From NCBI GenBank assembly GCA_964419615.1, contig CAYQPU010000001.1, positions 7,857 to 71,856 on the forward strand: a stretch of 64,000 nt of DNA, given 5' to 3'. How positions within the stretch are numbered: position 1 is the stretch's first letter; the number at the start of each line of letters is the position of its first letter. Source of the DNA: an uncultured Methanosarcinales archaeon (GTDB lineage: Archaea; Nanobdellota; Nanobdellia; Woesearchaeales; JAGVZT01). Position numbers and translations under genes: made by a program. Shown in pieces: positions 28,133 to 37,267 of the stretch. Below the pieces are notes generated by a model. That model was not told the DNA's origin. It was given only the letters and a program-made list of their open reading frames with translations, and searched no databases.

Positions 28133-28603
28133 GGATTTTTCTTTCCAGGTTGCATTAACTTTTGAGAGTAATTCTGTTAATTTTGGTTTAAGTTTTTCAT
28201 TCCAAAACACAACAGAATCGTCTATAAACTGTGCTTCTTGTTTTTTGTTTTTTGTAAGGCCAATTAAGGTATTTCTTGAGACTATCTCCATTATTTGGTT
28301 TAGTAATACAATTACTTCTTGTTTTGCATCTTGCTCAAACATTTGACTTTCAGTTACGCCGATCATGGAACCTGGGTTAGGCATTACAAGCCCGTGCAAA
28401 TATGATACCCATGAGTTAAATGTTGATGTTATTCTATGACACATCATTCTTGATAAGGAGGTGCTTATGAATCCTTCTTTTTGAATAAAATCTCTTAGAA
28501 AAAAGATCTTTTCAAGTTCCTCAAACGATGATTTGAATCCTAGCTCCTGCTTCATCTTAGCAAATTCTTGATCAAATTCCTTTTGTAGCTCGTTACTGAC
28601 CAT
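28124..28603 (-). CDS. Hypothetical protein
   Basis: 159-aa ORF. Confidence 0.45.
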   Translation of the reverse strand: MVSNELQKEFDQEFAKMKQELGFKSSFEELEKIFFLRDFIQKEGFISTSLSRMMCHRITSTFNSWVSYLHGLVMPNPGSMIGVTESQMFEQDAKQEVIVLLNQIMEIVSRNTLIGLTKNKKQEAQFIDDSVVFWNEKLKPKLTELLSKVNATWKEKSSS

Positions 28604-28740
28604 TGTAGGTAAAAGGGAAGGCAGGATTATATTTAAATGATTCCTTAAACGGACTTTCAGATCAAATTGCTATCCTCAAGTAGTAAAATACCGAAACATT
28701 TAAATACTCAAGATATCAATTACTACTCTAAGGTGGTTTT

Positions 28741-28988
28741 ACATGGATGAATTATCAGAATTAGTAAAAAAAGATACAAAACACCTTGAAGAAAAAGGGG
28801 TTGAGCACGTCAAAAAGAGGGATTACTTGGAGATATACTAGGTGAAAAACCAATGTTCGAAGATGATGGCGACCAAGAGATCCTAAAAGCTCTTAAAAAA
28901 AGAAAAAAGAGCTTTGAAGAAGTCGTGAACCAAAAAAATATAGACAAAATTGAATTAGACGAAGTTATGCAAGAGGATTTTTGACAAA
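28741..28988 (+). pseudogene. Small acidic/lysine-rich ORF interrupted by a single-base frameshift in an A-run near 28815
   Basis: Frame 1 MDELSELVKKDTKHLEEKGVEHVKK... stops at 28831; frame -1 continues EGLLGDILGEKPMFEDDGDQEILKALKKRKKSFEEVVNQKNIDKIELDEVMQEDF*; one extra A would fuse them. Confidence 0.3.
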
Positions 28989-29020
28989 GCTTTTTAAAAA
29001 AGACCCTGTTCTGAGATATT

Positions 29021-29272
29021 ATGGAATATGAACTTGAGATTAACAAAGTTATTAAACAGATTAAAAAACAGAATGCTAAGACTGTTTGTTTACAACTTGC
29101 AGATGGACTTAAGCCAAAGGCAAAGATGATACAAGAAGAGATTACAAAGGAAACAGATGCTCAGGTTGTTATATGGGCTGGTTCTTGTTTTGGAGCTTGT
29201 GATATCCCATTAGAGTTAAAGAATTTGAAAATTGATTTATTAATACAATTTGGGCATAGTGAATGGAAATAA
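29021..29272 (+). pseudogene. dph2: Dph2 (2-(3-amino-3-carboxypropyl)histidine synthase, diphthamide pathway) N-terminal fragment, 3'-truncated
   Basis: AKTVCLQLADGLKPKAK...AGSCFGACDIP...IDLLIQFGHS aligns with archaeal Dph2 residues about 1-80; ORF stops after 83 aa where full-length is about 340 aa, with no continuation in any frame. Confidence 0.65.
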
Positions 29273-29385
29273 AAATACAAGTAAATCAAAAATTTCCCTG
29301 TATTTTTAGTGTTATAATTCACCCCAAATGCTGAGAAGAAATGAGAGGAAAACAAGTTATTGTAGTTAAGGAGGTTTTATAACAA

Positions 29386-30537
29386 ATGAAGTTTTTAATT
29401 GAATCAGATATTTTGAATAAATTGGAGCCAAACATAACGAAGGCTGTGGAATTAATAAAAAACAATATTGGTAAAAGTCAAATTGTTATCAGACACCACG
29501 CAGATTGTGATGGTTACACTGGAGCAATCGCTGTTGAACAAGCAGTTAATAGTTCTTTGATTAGTAGGAGAAAATGGTTTTATTTAAAGAGAGTTTCCTC
29601 TCGAGCCCCTTATTACGAACATAGAGACGTTTTTTGGGATATTTCAAATTATTTAAAGGATGTTTCAAAAGATCAAGCACCATTATTGATCCTTATGGAT
29701 CATGGCAGCACTACTCAAAGTTTGTTTGCAATTAAACTTGCTAAACTTTATGGATTGAAAGTCATTGTTATTGATCATCATAAACCAACAATGATTGATG
29801 GTAAATCAGTTATTAGTGAGCATGCTGATGTTTTTATTAATCCATACCTGGTTGGAGGAGATTCTAATTTAACTGCAGGTATGCTTGGTGTTGAGATTTC
29901 AAGATTAATTAAGAAAAATCCAATTTCCCACTTAGCTGCAATTTCAGGTATTGGAGACAGAGCAGAAGGAAAAGAGTTTGACCAATATTTAAGAATTGCA
30001 AAGGAAAAAGGTTATACAAAAGAATTTGCTCGGTCACTTGCACGATGTGTTGATTTTGAAGCGTATTATCTTAGTGGAGATTCTAAGTTAATTCATGATT
30101 TACTACTGTCAGACTTAAAGGAACAAAAGATTAAGAGTTTTTTAATTGAAAATGAGGTTAAAAAGCTTGAAGATGAGGCAAAAGAGTCATTACTTGGTTT
30201 AACTAATATTTCGGGTCAAGGGTTTAAGATAATTGAGATTAATGTTGAAAGTTTACAATGGGGATATCCTTCACAAGGTAAAGCAACTGGTTTAATGTTT
30301 AGGCATTTTGAAAATGAGTATAATGAAAAGATTTTAGTTTTAGGGATTGGTGAATCAGCAATCACTATCAGAACTAATTTGAATAATTTCGATGTTAATG
30401 AGATAATTGCACAATTAAAAGAAAAGTGCAAGCATGCTGCTGCTGGTGGCGGTGGTCATGAAGTTGCTGGAACAATTCATTTTGTTGCTGCTGCAAAACA
30501 AGATGTGCTTAATGCTATTAAGGATCATGCAAAATGA
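29386..30537 (+). CDS. DHH/DHHA1 family phosphoesterase (NrnA/RecJ-like)
   Basis: Motifs HHADCDGYTGAIA, LILMDHGS, VIVIDHHKP (DHH) and AAGGGGHEVAG (DHHA1 GGGH). Confidence 0.75.
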   Translation: MKFLIESDILNKLEPNITKAVELIKNNIGKSQIVIRHHADCDGYTGAIAVEQAVNSSLISRRKWFYLKRVSSRAPYYEHRDVFWDISNYLKDVSKDQAPLLILMDHGSTTQSLFAIKLAKLYGLKVIVIDHHKPTMIDGKSVISEHADVFINPYLVGGDSNLTAGMLGVEISRLIKKNPISHLAAISGIGDRAEGKEFDQYLRIAKEKGYTKEFARSLARCVDFEAYYLSGDSKLIHDLLLSDLKEQKIKSFLIENEVKKLEDEAKESLLGLTNISGQGFKIIEINVESLQWGYPSQGKATGLMFRHFENEYNEKILVLGIGESAITIRTNLNNFDVNEIIAQLKEKCKHAAAGGGGHEVAGTIHFVAAAKQDVLNAIKDHAK

Positions 30538-30570
30538 TACAATATTTGTTGATAACTCTGGTTTGTTATT

Positions 30571-30978
30571 TTGGCATTTATAGCAAAAACAGAGGAAGTT
30601 AAGCCTGGTAGAAAGTATTTTTTGTTCATGCGAAAAGTTGTGCTTAGCTTAATTATTGGAGTTATGTTTTATAATATCCATTGGATTTGTGCTTTGTTAG
30701 CTGCAGGACTAGTTTATTATTTTAGCAAACAGATTAAAAAATACAAAGTTGTTTATTTATTACTAGGATTGGTTTTATTTGTTAGTTCTTCTTACCAAAT
30801 TTTCACTGTTGCAAGTCTGATTTTATTTTATGGTTTTGTGCAAGGAACCTTGGATACAGAAAAGCTGCTTAAGAAAAAGGTTTTTTATGTTATGGGTGTT
30901 GAGTTTAAGAGATATTATGGATTCTTGTTTGTATCTGTAATACCTAAGGTTCTTTGGAGCTTTGTCCAGATTCTTTGA
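30571..30978 (+). CDS. Small membrane protein, hypothetical
   Basis: Four hydrophobic segments; overlaps the convergent transglutaminase gene end. Confidence 0.4.
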   Translation: MAFIAKTEEVKPGRKYFLFMRKVVLSLIIGVMFYNIHWICALLAAGLVYYFSKQIKKYKVVYLLLGLVLFVSSSYQIFTVASLILFYGFVQGTLDTEKLLKKKVFYVMGVEFKRYYGFLFVSVIPKVLWSFVQIL

Positions 30979-32906
30979 AGGTTCTGCTTGATTGTTAGTT
31001 TTTCAAGTTCTATTACTATTTCTTGGCTTGAGTAGTATTCTTTTTGATTTGAATCATAATATAAAACCATTATTTCAACTGTATTGTTGCCTTGTTTTAG
31101 TTCTTCACTGTTAAATCTTAATACCAGTTCTTTGTCACCCTCAAATTCTTCAAATTCAAATTTACCCTGCAAAGTCCCAATTATTACAACTTGAACATTT
31201 TGCGGCAAAGTGGTTGAGTTCGTTGTTAAATGAATTACAATTTCATGTTCATTATCAAAGCTTACATTTACAGGATAGGTGATATTATTAATAAGTAGCT
31301 TTGGCTGATCAAGAATTGTGTACTTTATATTTGAGGTTTTAGTAATTTCTGAATTTTTAATTGTAATTGTCTGCTCAATAAATCCAGGATTTTCTGGTTG
31401 GATTGTAAAGTTTATTTGAGATGATCTTCCAATTCCAAGTTCAAGTGTGTTGCATTTATCTATGCAAATACTTAAGTTTTGTAGGATTACGTTGCCTATA
31501 TTTGTTATTTTGCATGAACCTATAATTTCTTCATAAATATAATATTCTTCTTGTGATATACTACAATTCAAGTTAACATTTCGAGAATAAGCAAGAGAAT
31601 CTTGCTTTACAAGATCACTTAGTAATTTGTTGATTTCTCCTAAAGAATAATTTGGATAAGTAACTGAAGAATCAAATGCATTATATGTAGCAGTGCCTCT
31701 TAGAGAGACAATACCAAAAGGCATCTCGTATCTATACATAGAATTAAGGTTTTTGTCAACTTTTATTATCCAGTAAATGTTTTTTTCTGAACTCGGTTCG
31801 AGTAATACATGTTTGTTATACGGGCTTATTATTTGTGTTCCTGATGAAGTTGATAAGCTAAGATCTGTTTCCACGTAAAAATTATTCTTATTAACAATTC
31901 TTGCGTTGATCAGATTATAAGACCCAAAGCCAACCATTTGTCTGAGCGGTCTTAGTTCAAATTCAAGTAAACTACTTTGCGCTTGTGTTCTGTCAACCAT
32001 GCTAGCATTAATGTTAAGTTGTTTAGAAGTCATTTGTACATCTCTTCCAACCCACATTATGAAACTTGTGCTTCTGTTTGAATCAGGATTATTACTGAAT
32101 ACAACATGTGATGCATCTACAAATCCAAATTCACCATAAGTTACATCAAATGGTATCCAGCCATATTCTGGAAAATATAATTCTGCCCAACCATGCGGTT
32201 CCCACCCTTCTATTCCAAGGTAGTTTGTGTATGCAACTCCGCTTACATAACGTGCTGGGATTCCCAAGCTTCTGGAAAGAGCCATAAATAGGGTGGTGAT
32301 TTCATCACATACACCATATCTGTTTTCAAGTACCCAAGATGCAGGTTGAGATGCTGTTGCTGTGATTGTGCTCATGTTATATTGCACATTTTGACTTACC
32401 CACCTAAATAGTTCAAATACAACATAGTTTAGATCATCTTGGCCTTTGGCAAGGTCAGATGCAAGCTCAATTATAAGTGGATCATCTGAATCAATGTTTT
32501 CAGTTGCTACAAGATACTCATTAAGTGAAGGATCAAATTCTCCCAAAGGAAAATCGATTTTTTCTTTTATGATTGGGAAATAATCGCTTACCTCAACTCT
32601 AGAGTCAACACTAGTTGTGAAAACAAGATCATCAAACGTGGTCCATTCAAATATGATTGTATCATCTATTGATTTTGGTTTAGGAGATATTTCCTGATTA
32701 ATGATTGTTTGTTGCTCTGTGTTTTGAGGATATATTGTTAGTTGGTATTGCAGCTCTGTTAACCTTGCTGAACTGCTTTTTTCAATTGCACGAAGTTCAG
32801 AATCAATTGAAACATCTATGACCATTTTGCTTGAATCAAGGCCAAGGTTAGCACAGGCAATAGGAATGATCAAAATAACTAAAAGTAGATACACACCTCT
32901 TTTCAT
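30915..32906 (-). CDS. Secreted transglutaminase-like cysteine protease-fold protein
   Basis: Signal peptide; core YGVCDEITTLFMALSRSLGIPARYV ... GWEPHGWAELYFPEYGWIPFD (Cys-His-Asp triad context). Confidence 0.75.
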   Translation of the reverse strand: MKRGVYLLLVILIIPIACANLGLDSSKMVIDVSIDSELRAIEKSSSARLTELQYQLTIYPQNTEQQTIINQEISPKPKSIDDTIIFEWTTFDDLVFTTSVDSRVEVSDYFPIIKEKIDFPLGEFDPSLNEYLVATENIDSDDPLIIELASDLAKGQDDLNYVVFELFRWVSQNVQYNMSTITATASQPASWVLENRYGVCDEITTLFMALSRSLGIPARYVSGVAYTNYLGIEGWEPHGWAELYFPEYGWIPFDVTYGEFGFVDASHVVFSNNPDSNRSTSFIMWVGRDVQMTSKQLNINASMVDRTQAQSSLLEFELRPLRQMVGFGSYNLINARIVNKNNFYVETDLSLSTSSGTQIISPYNKHVLLEPSSEKNIYWIIKVDKNLNSMYRYEMPFGIVSLRGTATYNAFDSSVTYPNYSLGEINKLLSDLVKQDSLAYSRNVNLNCSISQEEYYIYEEIIGSCKITNIGNVILQNLSICIDKCNTLELGIGRSSQINFTIQPENPGFIEQTITIKNSEITKTSNIKYTILDQPKLLINNITYPVNVSFDNEHEIVIHLTTNSTTLPQNVQVVIIGTLQGKFEFEEFEGDKELVLRFNSEELKQGNNTVEIMVLYYDSNQKEYYSSQEIVIELEKLTIKQNLQRIWTKLQRTLGITDTNKNP

Positions 32907-33017
32907 AATCTACTCTGAGTTTGAACTATATATAAGGTTTTTGCCAAAAATAAAAGATTCTGTTTTTTCAAACCTTTAATCAAAAACCTTAAAAACCTAT
33001 ATTCATTACAATGGATT

Positions 33018-34085
33018 ATGGGGATGTTTGATGGAATGCTTGGATCTGATGAAACTTTGTTTAAGAATCCTGTTGCTCTTGATTATGATTATCTTCCAAA
33101 AATATTACCTTATAGAGAGGGTGAACAGCGAAAAATTGCTGCTTGTGTAAAACCTCTGTTTAATAGAAGGAATGGTCGTAACTTGATTATTTTTGGTAAG
33201 TCTGGTGTTGGTAAGACTGCTGCTTGCAAGCATGTTTTAGTGGAATTAGAAGAGCAAACAGATGAGATTGTCCCTATTCATGTTAATTGCTGGCAAAAAA
33301 ATACTTCTTATAAGATTCTTACAGAGATGTGTGAGGAGTTAGGTTATAGGTTGACACATAACAAGAAAACTGATGAGCTGCTAAAAGTTGTGGTTACTAT
33401 GCTTAACAAAAGTTCAGCTGTGCTTGTGTTTGATGAGATTGATAAGGTTGAGGATTATGATTTTTTGTATAATTTTTTAGAAAGTCTTTATAGAAAGAGT
33501 GTTGTTTTAATTACAAATCACAAAGAGTGGTATAATGAGCTTGATTCTAGGATCAAATCGAGGTTAGTCCCAGAGATGCTTGAGTTCAAGCCTTATAACG
33601 TTGAGGAGACTGGAGGGATTTTAAAGCAGAGAATTGTGCATGGTTTTCAAGAAGGTGTTTTTGGGTCAGATTCAATTAGTTTGGTTACTAAAAAAACCCA
33701 TGAGATGCAGGATATTAGATCTGGTTTGTATTTGTTAAAAGAAGCTGCTAATATTGCTGAGGAAAAAGCTTGCCGAAAGGTTGATATTGAACATGTTAAG
33801 ATTGCTGTTGGTAAGTTAGATGAGTTTAAGATCAAGGATAGCGGGGATTTAGATGAAGAGACTCAGAATATTTTAAAGATTATTAAGAATAATTCTGGTA
33901 AAAAGATTGGAGATTTGTTTAAGGTTTATCAAGAGGATGGTGGGAGTTTAGTGTACAAGTCTTTTCAAAGAAAGGTAAAAAAGCTTGAGAAAGGTAAGTA
34001 TATTTCGGTTTTAACAAAGACAGGTGGAAAAGAAGGAACAACTTCTATTTTGAGTTATAGTGATAAGAAGTTGACTGATTTTTAA
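33018..34085 (+). CDS. orc1: Orc1/Cdc6 replication initiator
   Basis: Walker A IFGKSGVGKTAACKHV, Walker B VLVFDEIDK, C-terminal winged-helix region. Confidence 0.85.
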   Translation: MGMFDGMLGSDETLFKNPVALDYDYLPKILPYREGEQRKIAACVKPLFNRRNGRNLIIFGKSGVGKTAACKHVLVELEEQTDEIVPIHVNCWQKNTSYKILTEMCEELGYRLTHNKKTDELLKVVVTMLNKSSAVLVFDEIDKVEDYDFLYNFLESLYRKSVVLITNHKEWYNELDSRIKSRLVPEMLEFKPYNVEETGGILKQRIVHGFQEGVFGSDSISLVTKKTHEMQDIRSGLYLLKEAANIAEEKACRKVDIEHVKIAVGKLDEFKIKDSGDLDEETQNILKIIKNNSGKKIGDLFKVYQEDGGSLVYKSFQRKVKKLEKGKYISVLTKTGGKEGTTSILSYSDKKLTDF

Positions 34086-34354
34086 AACACCATCAAGAAG
34101 TCATCATAATCGTCAGAAGGTTCTTCATATTTTATGTCCAGATTATCTACTCTTGCTAAGAAGGATCCTTTTCTAGCTTCATGGATTAGTTCATCTATTA
34201 GTTTTTGATCACCTTCTGCAATTATTTCTACTGAACCATCTGGTTTGTTTCTAACGCAACCTTTTAGTCCAATCTGGTTAGCTCTCTTTTTTATATGTAA
34301 TCTATAAGATACTCCCTGGACTTTTCCTTGGGCATTTAGGATAACTCTTTTCAT
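34082..34354 (-). CDS. acyP: Acylphosphatase
   Basis: VQGVSYRLHIKKRA and GCVRNKPDGSVEIIAEG signatures. Confidence 0.8.
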   Translation of the reverse strand: MKRVILNAQGKVQGVSYRLHIKKRANQIGLKGCVRNKPDGSVEIIAEGDQKLIDELIHEARKGSFLARVDNLDIKYEEPSDDYDDFLMVF

Positions 34355-34399
34355 TACTTTCTTTGTTTGTGATATTGATATAAATAGATTTTGTTACTT

Positions 34400-34541
34400 A
34401 GTCCCACCTGGCCAGTTCGTGAGCCAGTTTGCTAGCTGCCAAACAAAGTGAGTTCAAGTGTTTTCTACAAATGGCAAACTGTTCCTTACCCTGTCTGATG
34501 ACGATCTAAGTCTCTCTCTCTTTCTTGGCCTTGCTGGGACT
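34400..34541 (+). ncRNA. Candidate structured RNA / regulatory element within a 575-bp gene-free region
   Basis: Long-range inverted repeat agtcccacctggcc / ggccttgctgggact enclosing hairpin cagtttgc...gcaaactg and a CT-rich segment with CTGATGA; no ORF of 60 aa or more in 34355-34931. Confidence 0.25.
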
Positions 34542-34931
34542 AATTTTTACAACTAACACACTGGACACTGGACATTGTGATGTGAGGTATTTAAACAAAT
34601 TTGTCTGATCTACTCCCTGAGGTGATGTTAATGGAAAATACAAGTAATATCCAGGAACTATTTTTTGAGCAGGTTAAGCAAATGACTTTAAGAGGTGGTA
34701 CAAATGCTTGATTATTATTCAGAAGAAGAATTGGAAAGTGGTGTTAGTGATGGTAGTGTAGCAGCTGGAGACTGTGCTTTTATGAGAGGTTATCTAGATG
34801 CAGCCTAATTATATGGATTGGAAGGATTACTCTAAAAAGGCTGATTTTTTTAATCTTTTTTATTTTCAGCAGCAAGTAAGAAAACAAAACTGTCACAAGC
34901 TATTTAAATAGAAGTTGATTACCATATATGT

Positions 34932-35504
34932 ATGCAGGTTATGACTAAAGATGAAGTTTTGCTGAACAAAAAAAGAATAGTTCAGGGTATTAAGAAGGGT
35001 GCTGTTTTTATTCATCCTACTGACACAATTTATGGAATTGGATGTAGTGTACTAGATCAAGATGCTGTTAAAAAAGTTAGAGATTTGAAAAAAAGGAATT
35101 TTATGCCTTTTTCCATATTTGCTCCATCAAAGGAATGGATCTTTGAGAACTGCAAAGTAAGTGAGCAGGCCCAAGAATGGATAGAAAAACTACCTGGACC
35201 TTATACTTTAATTTTGGCATTAAAAAACAAGGATGCTGTAGTTCCAGAGGTTAATAATAGTCTGAACACAGTTGGTGTTAGAATTCCTGATCACTGGTTT
35301 AAAGAGGTTGTTAGTGAGCTTGGAATTCCAATTGTTACCACAAGTGCCAATATTAAAGGAGAGAATTTTATGACTGATATTGATAATCTTGATCCAAGTA
35401 TTAAATCTGGAATGGAATTTATTGTTTATGAAGATGAGAAACAAGGAAAACCTTCTACTTTAGTTGATCTTTCTAAAAAAGAGCCTAAGATACTTCATAG
35501 GTAG
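34932..35504 (+). CDS. tsaC: L-threonylcarbamoyladenylate synthase (YrdC/Sua5 family)
   Basis: AVFIHPTDTIYGIGCS and VGVRIP...SANIKGE blocks. Confidence 0.8.
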   Translation: MQVMTKDEVLLNKKRIVQGIKKGAVFIHPTDTIYGIGCSVLDQDAVKKVRDLKKRNFMPFSIFAPSKEWIFENCKVSEQAQEWIEKLPGPYTLILALKNKDAVVPEVNNSLNTVGVRIPDHWFKEVVSELGIPIVTTSANIKGENFMTDIDNLDPSIKSGMEFIVYEDEKQGKPSTLVDLSKKEPKILHR

Positions 35505-35550
35505 GATCTTAACAAGATTTTTAAATAAACAGACCTTATTCCTTTTTAAT

Positions 35551-36153
35551 ATGAAAATACTAGCATTTGGGGATATTCATGGAGATACTAGGTTAGCATT
35601 AAAGCTAGCTGAGAGAGCTGAAAAAGAGAATGTTGATTTGGTTGTTTTGTGTGGAGATATTACCTATAATGAACAATCAACTGAGAATTTGATTGGACCT
35701 TTTGTTAAAAAGAACAAAAAGGTTTTATTGATTCCAGGCAATCACGAGAGTGTTGCTACATCTGATTTTCTAGCAAGGCTTTATGGAGCCACTAATTTAC
35801 ACGGTTATTCTATTACTTCTGGAGATGTTGGATTTTTTGGTTGTGGTGGTGCAAATATTGGCATTCACCAATTAGAGGAAAAAGAGATATTTGATTTACT
35901 TAAGAAAAGTCATGATAGTATTGAGGAAGTTAAAAAGAAGATTATGGTTACTCATGTTCATCCTTCTGGTTCAACAATGGAAAAAATGTCAAGTTTTTTC
36001 CCAGGTTCAGATGGTGTTAAAAAAGCTATTGATGAGCTAAAACCGGATTTACTTTTATGTTCTCATGTACATGAAGCTGAAGGTCTTGAAGAGATGATAG
36101 GTGGCACTAAAGTTGTTAATGTTGGAAAAGAAGGTAAGATAATTGAATTATGA
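35551..36153 (+). CDS. Metallophosphoesterase (paralog of 16037-16627 product)
   Basis: MKILAFGDIHGD...LCGDIT...PGNHES...THVHP...SHVHE; listed ORF start 35464 probably too far upstream. Confidence 0.7.
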   Translation: MKILAFGDIHGDTRLALKLAERAEKENVDLVVLCGDITYNEQSTENLIGPFVKKNKKVLLIPGNHESVATSDFLARLYGATNLHGYSITSGDVGFFGCGGANIGIHQLEEKEIFDLLKKSHDSIEEVKKKIMVTHVHPSGSTMEKMSSFFPGSDGVKKAIDELKPDLLLCSHVHEAEGLEEMIGGTKVVNVGKEGKIIEL

Positions 36154-36815
36154 AATCTTTTGATCTTGATATTGGTGAGCCGTATTTAGTGCAGATTGCA
36201 AAAGATCACAAGTGGGAAAACACTTGGGATATTGATTTGAGTTCTGATTTGCCAAACGCAGATAAGTTTATTGAGTACACAAAAGGTAGTTATGACAATG
36301 TTGCGATTGAAATTCTGTTTAAAAACAGTGAAGGTATGAAGAACATACTTGGGTTTGTTTTTAGTGACAAACTCAAAATCAAAACTGAAGCAGAGTTTTT
36401 AGAAATAATAACAAGGATTGCTAGCAACAAATCTGGTTTTGAAGACCTGGTAGGTGAGCTCAACAAAACATTATTGCATAAAGATGAGTTCTTGTTTAAA
36501 GGAATGCCTGACATGATCAGAGTTGGTGTTGTTAATCATTGGTTTTCTGTTGGTCCTTGTCTGATTTGGGAAAAAGACTCCTCAACTGTAATACCAAAAG
36601 AAGAACTGCTTGACAAATTACAGCAGAATCAGGGTTTGTTTAAATCAAGGCTAAACTATCAAGGAATTAGTTTCATATTTAATAGAAATGAGTTTGATTT
36701 TTATTATTGGATCAAACCTTCTTGTTTTAAAAAAAAAGGTGAATATTTTGTTGTTGATATTAATAAAATAATCAAACTAATGCAAAATATGTTTAGGTTT
36801 GAGTTCAGTTCCTAG
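36150..36815 (+). CDS. Hypothetical protein
   Basis: 221-aa ORF overlapping upstream stop by 4 nt. Confidence 0.5.
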   Translation: MKSFDLDIGEPYLVQIAKDHKWENTWDIDLSSDLPNADKFIEYTKGSYDNVAIEILFKNSEGMKNILGFVFSDKLKIKTEAEFLEIITRIASNKSGFEDLVGELNKTLLHKDEFLFKGMPDMIRVGVVNHWFSVGPCLIWEKDSSTVIPKEELLDKLQQNQGLFKSRLNYQGISFIFNRNEFDFYYWIKPSCFKKKGEYFVVDINKIIKLMQNMFRFEFSS

Positions 36816-36817
36816 AA

Positions 36818-37201
36818 TTAAGGCATGATATATCCTTCTACTTTCTGTTTTGATCCGTGAGCTCCTTTGTAGAGAATTGAGTTTTCAGGTATTATTTCGT
36901 TTACATCTTCATTATTATTAAGCATGCATGTTATTCTAGTTGCTAATCCATCATCATTCACTCCTGTCATAAAAATACCATGATATACAAGTGATAAAGA
37001 TTTAGCTTCTAGTTTTCCTCCAATAACTTGAGTTTGCTCAATAAAACACATTGAGAATTTTTTTGGTTTACTTGGGATTACAACAACAGGTCCATAATCA
37101 GGAGTTGCTGTTAAATCTTCTAAGTTGATTTTTTCAGCAGACTCAATAATTTCTAGTTCCACAAGCCTTTCTACCACAGGATCTGGGTTATATTCATCCA
37201 T
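36818..37201 (-). CDS. Hypothetical protein, last gene of archease-RtcB operon
   Basis: 127-aa ORF 66 bp downstream of rtcB on same strand. Confidence 0.5.
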   Translation of the reverse strand: MDEYNPDPVVERLVELEIIESAEKINLEDLTATPDYGPVVVIPSKPKKFSMCFIEQTQVIGGKLEAKSLSLVYHGIFMTGVNDDGLATRITCMLNNNEDVNEIIPENSILYKGAHGSKQKVEGYIMP

Positions 37202-37267
37202 TTTAATCTAATATAAGGGAATTGAGTTTAATATATAAAGTTAATTATTATAAAAGAGTAAAACAGC

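Noticed and set aside
28810-29046. Minus-strand ORF 28810-29046 (78 aa)
   Set aside because: Ser/Phe-rich low-complexity translation antisense to the better-supported frameshifted plus-strand ORF and the Dph2 fragment.
34355-34931. 5S, SRP (7S) or RNase P RNA in the gene-free region after acyP
   Set aside because: Could not find the characteristic conserved blocks (for example GNAAAGUCCGGGC of RNase P CR-I or SRP helix-8 motifs); kept only as an unclassified structured region.
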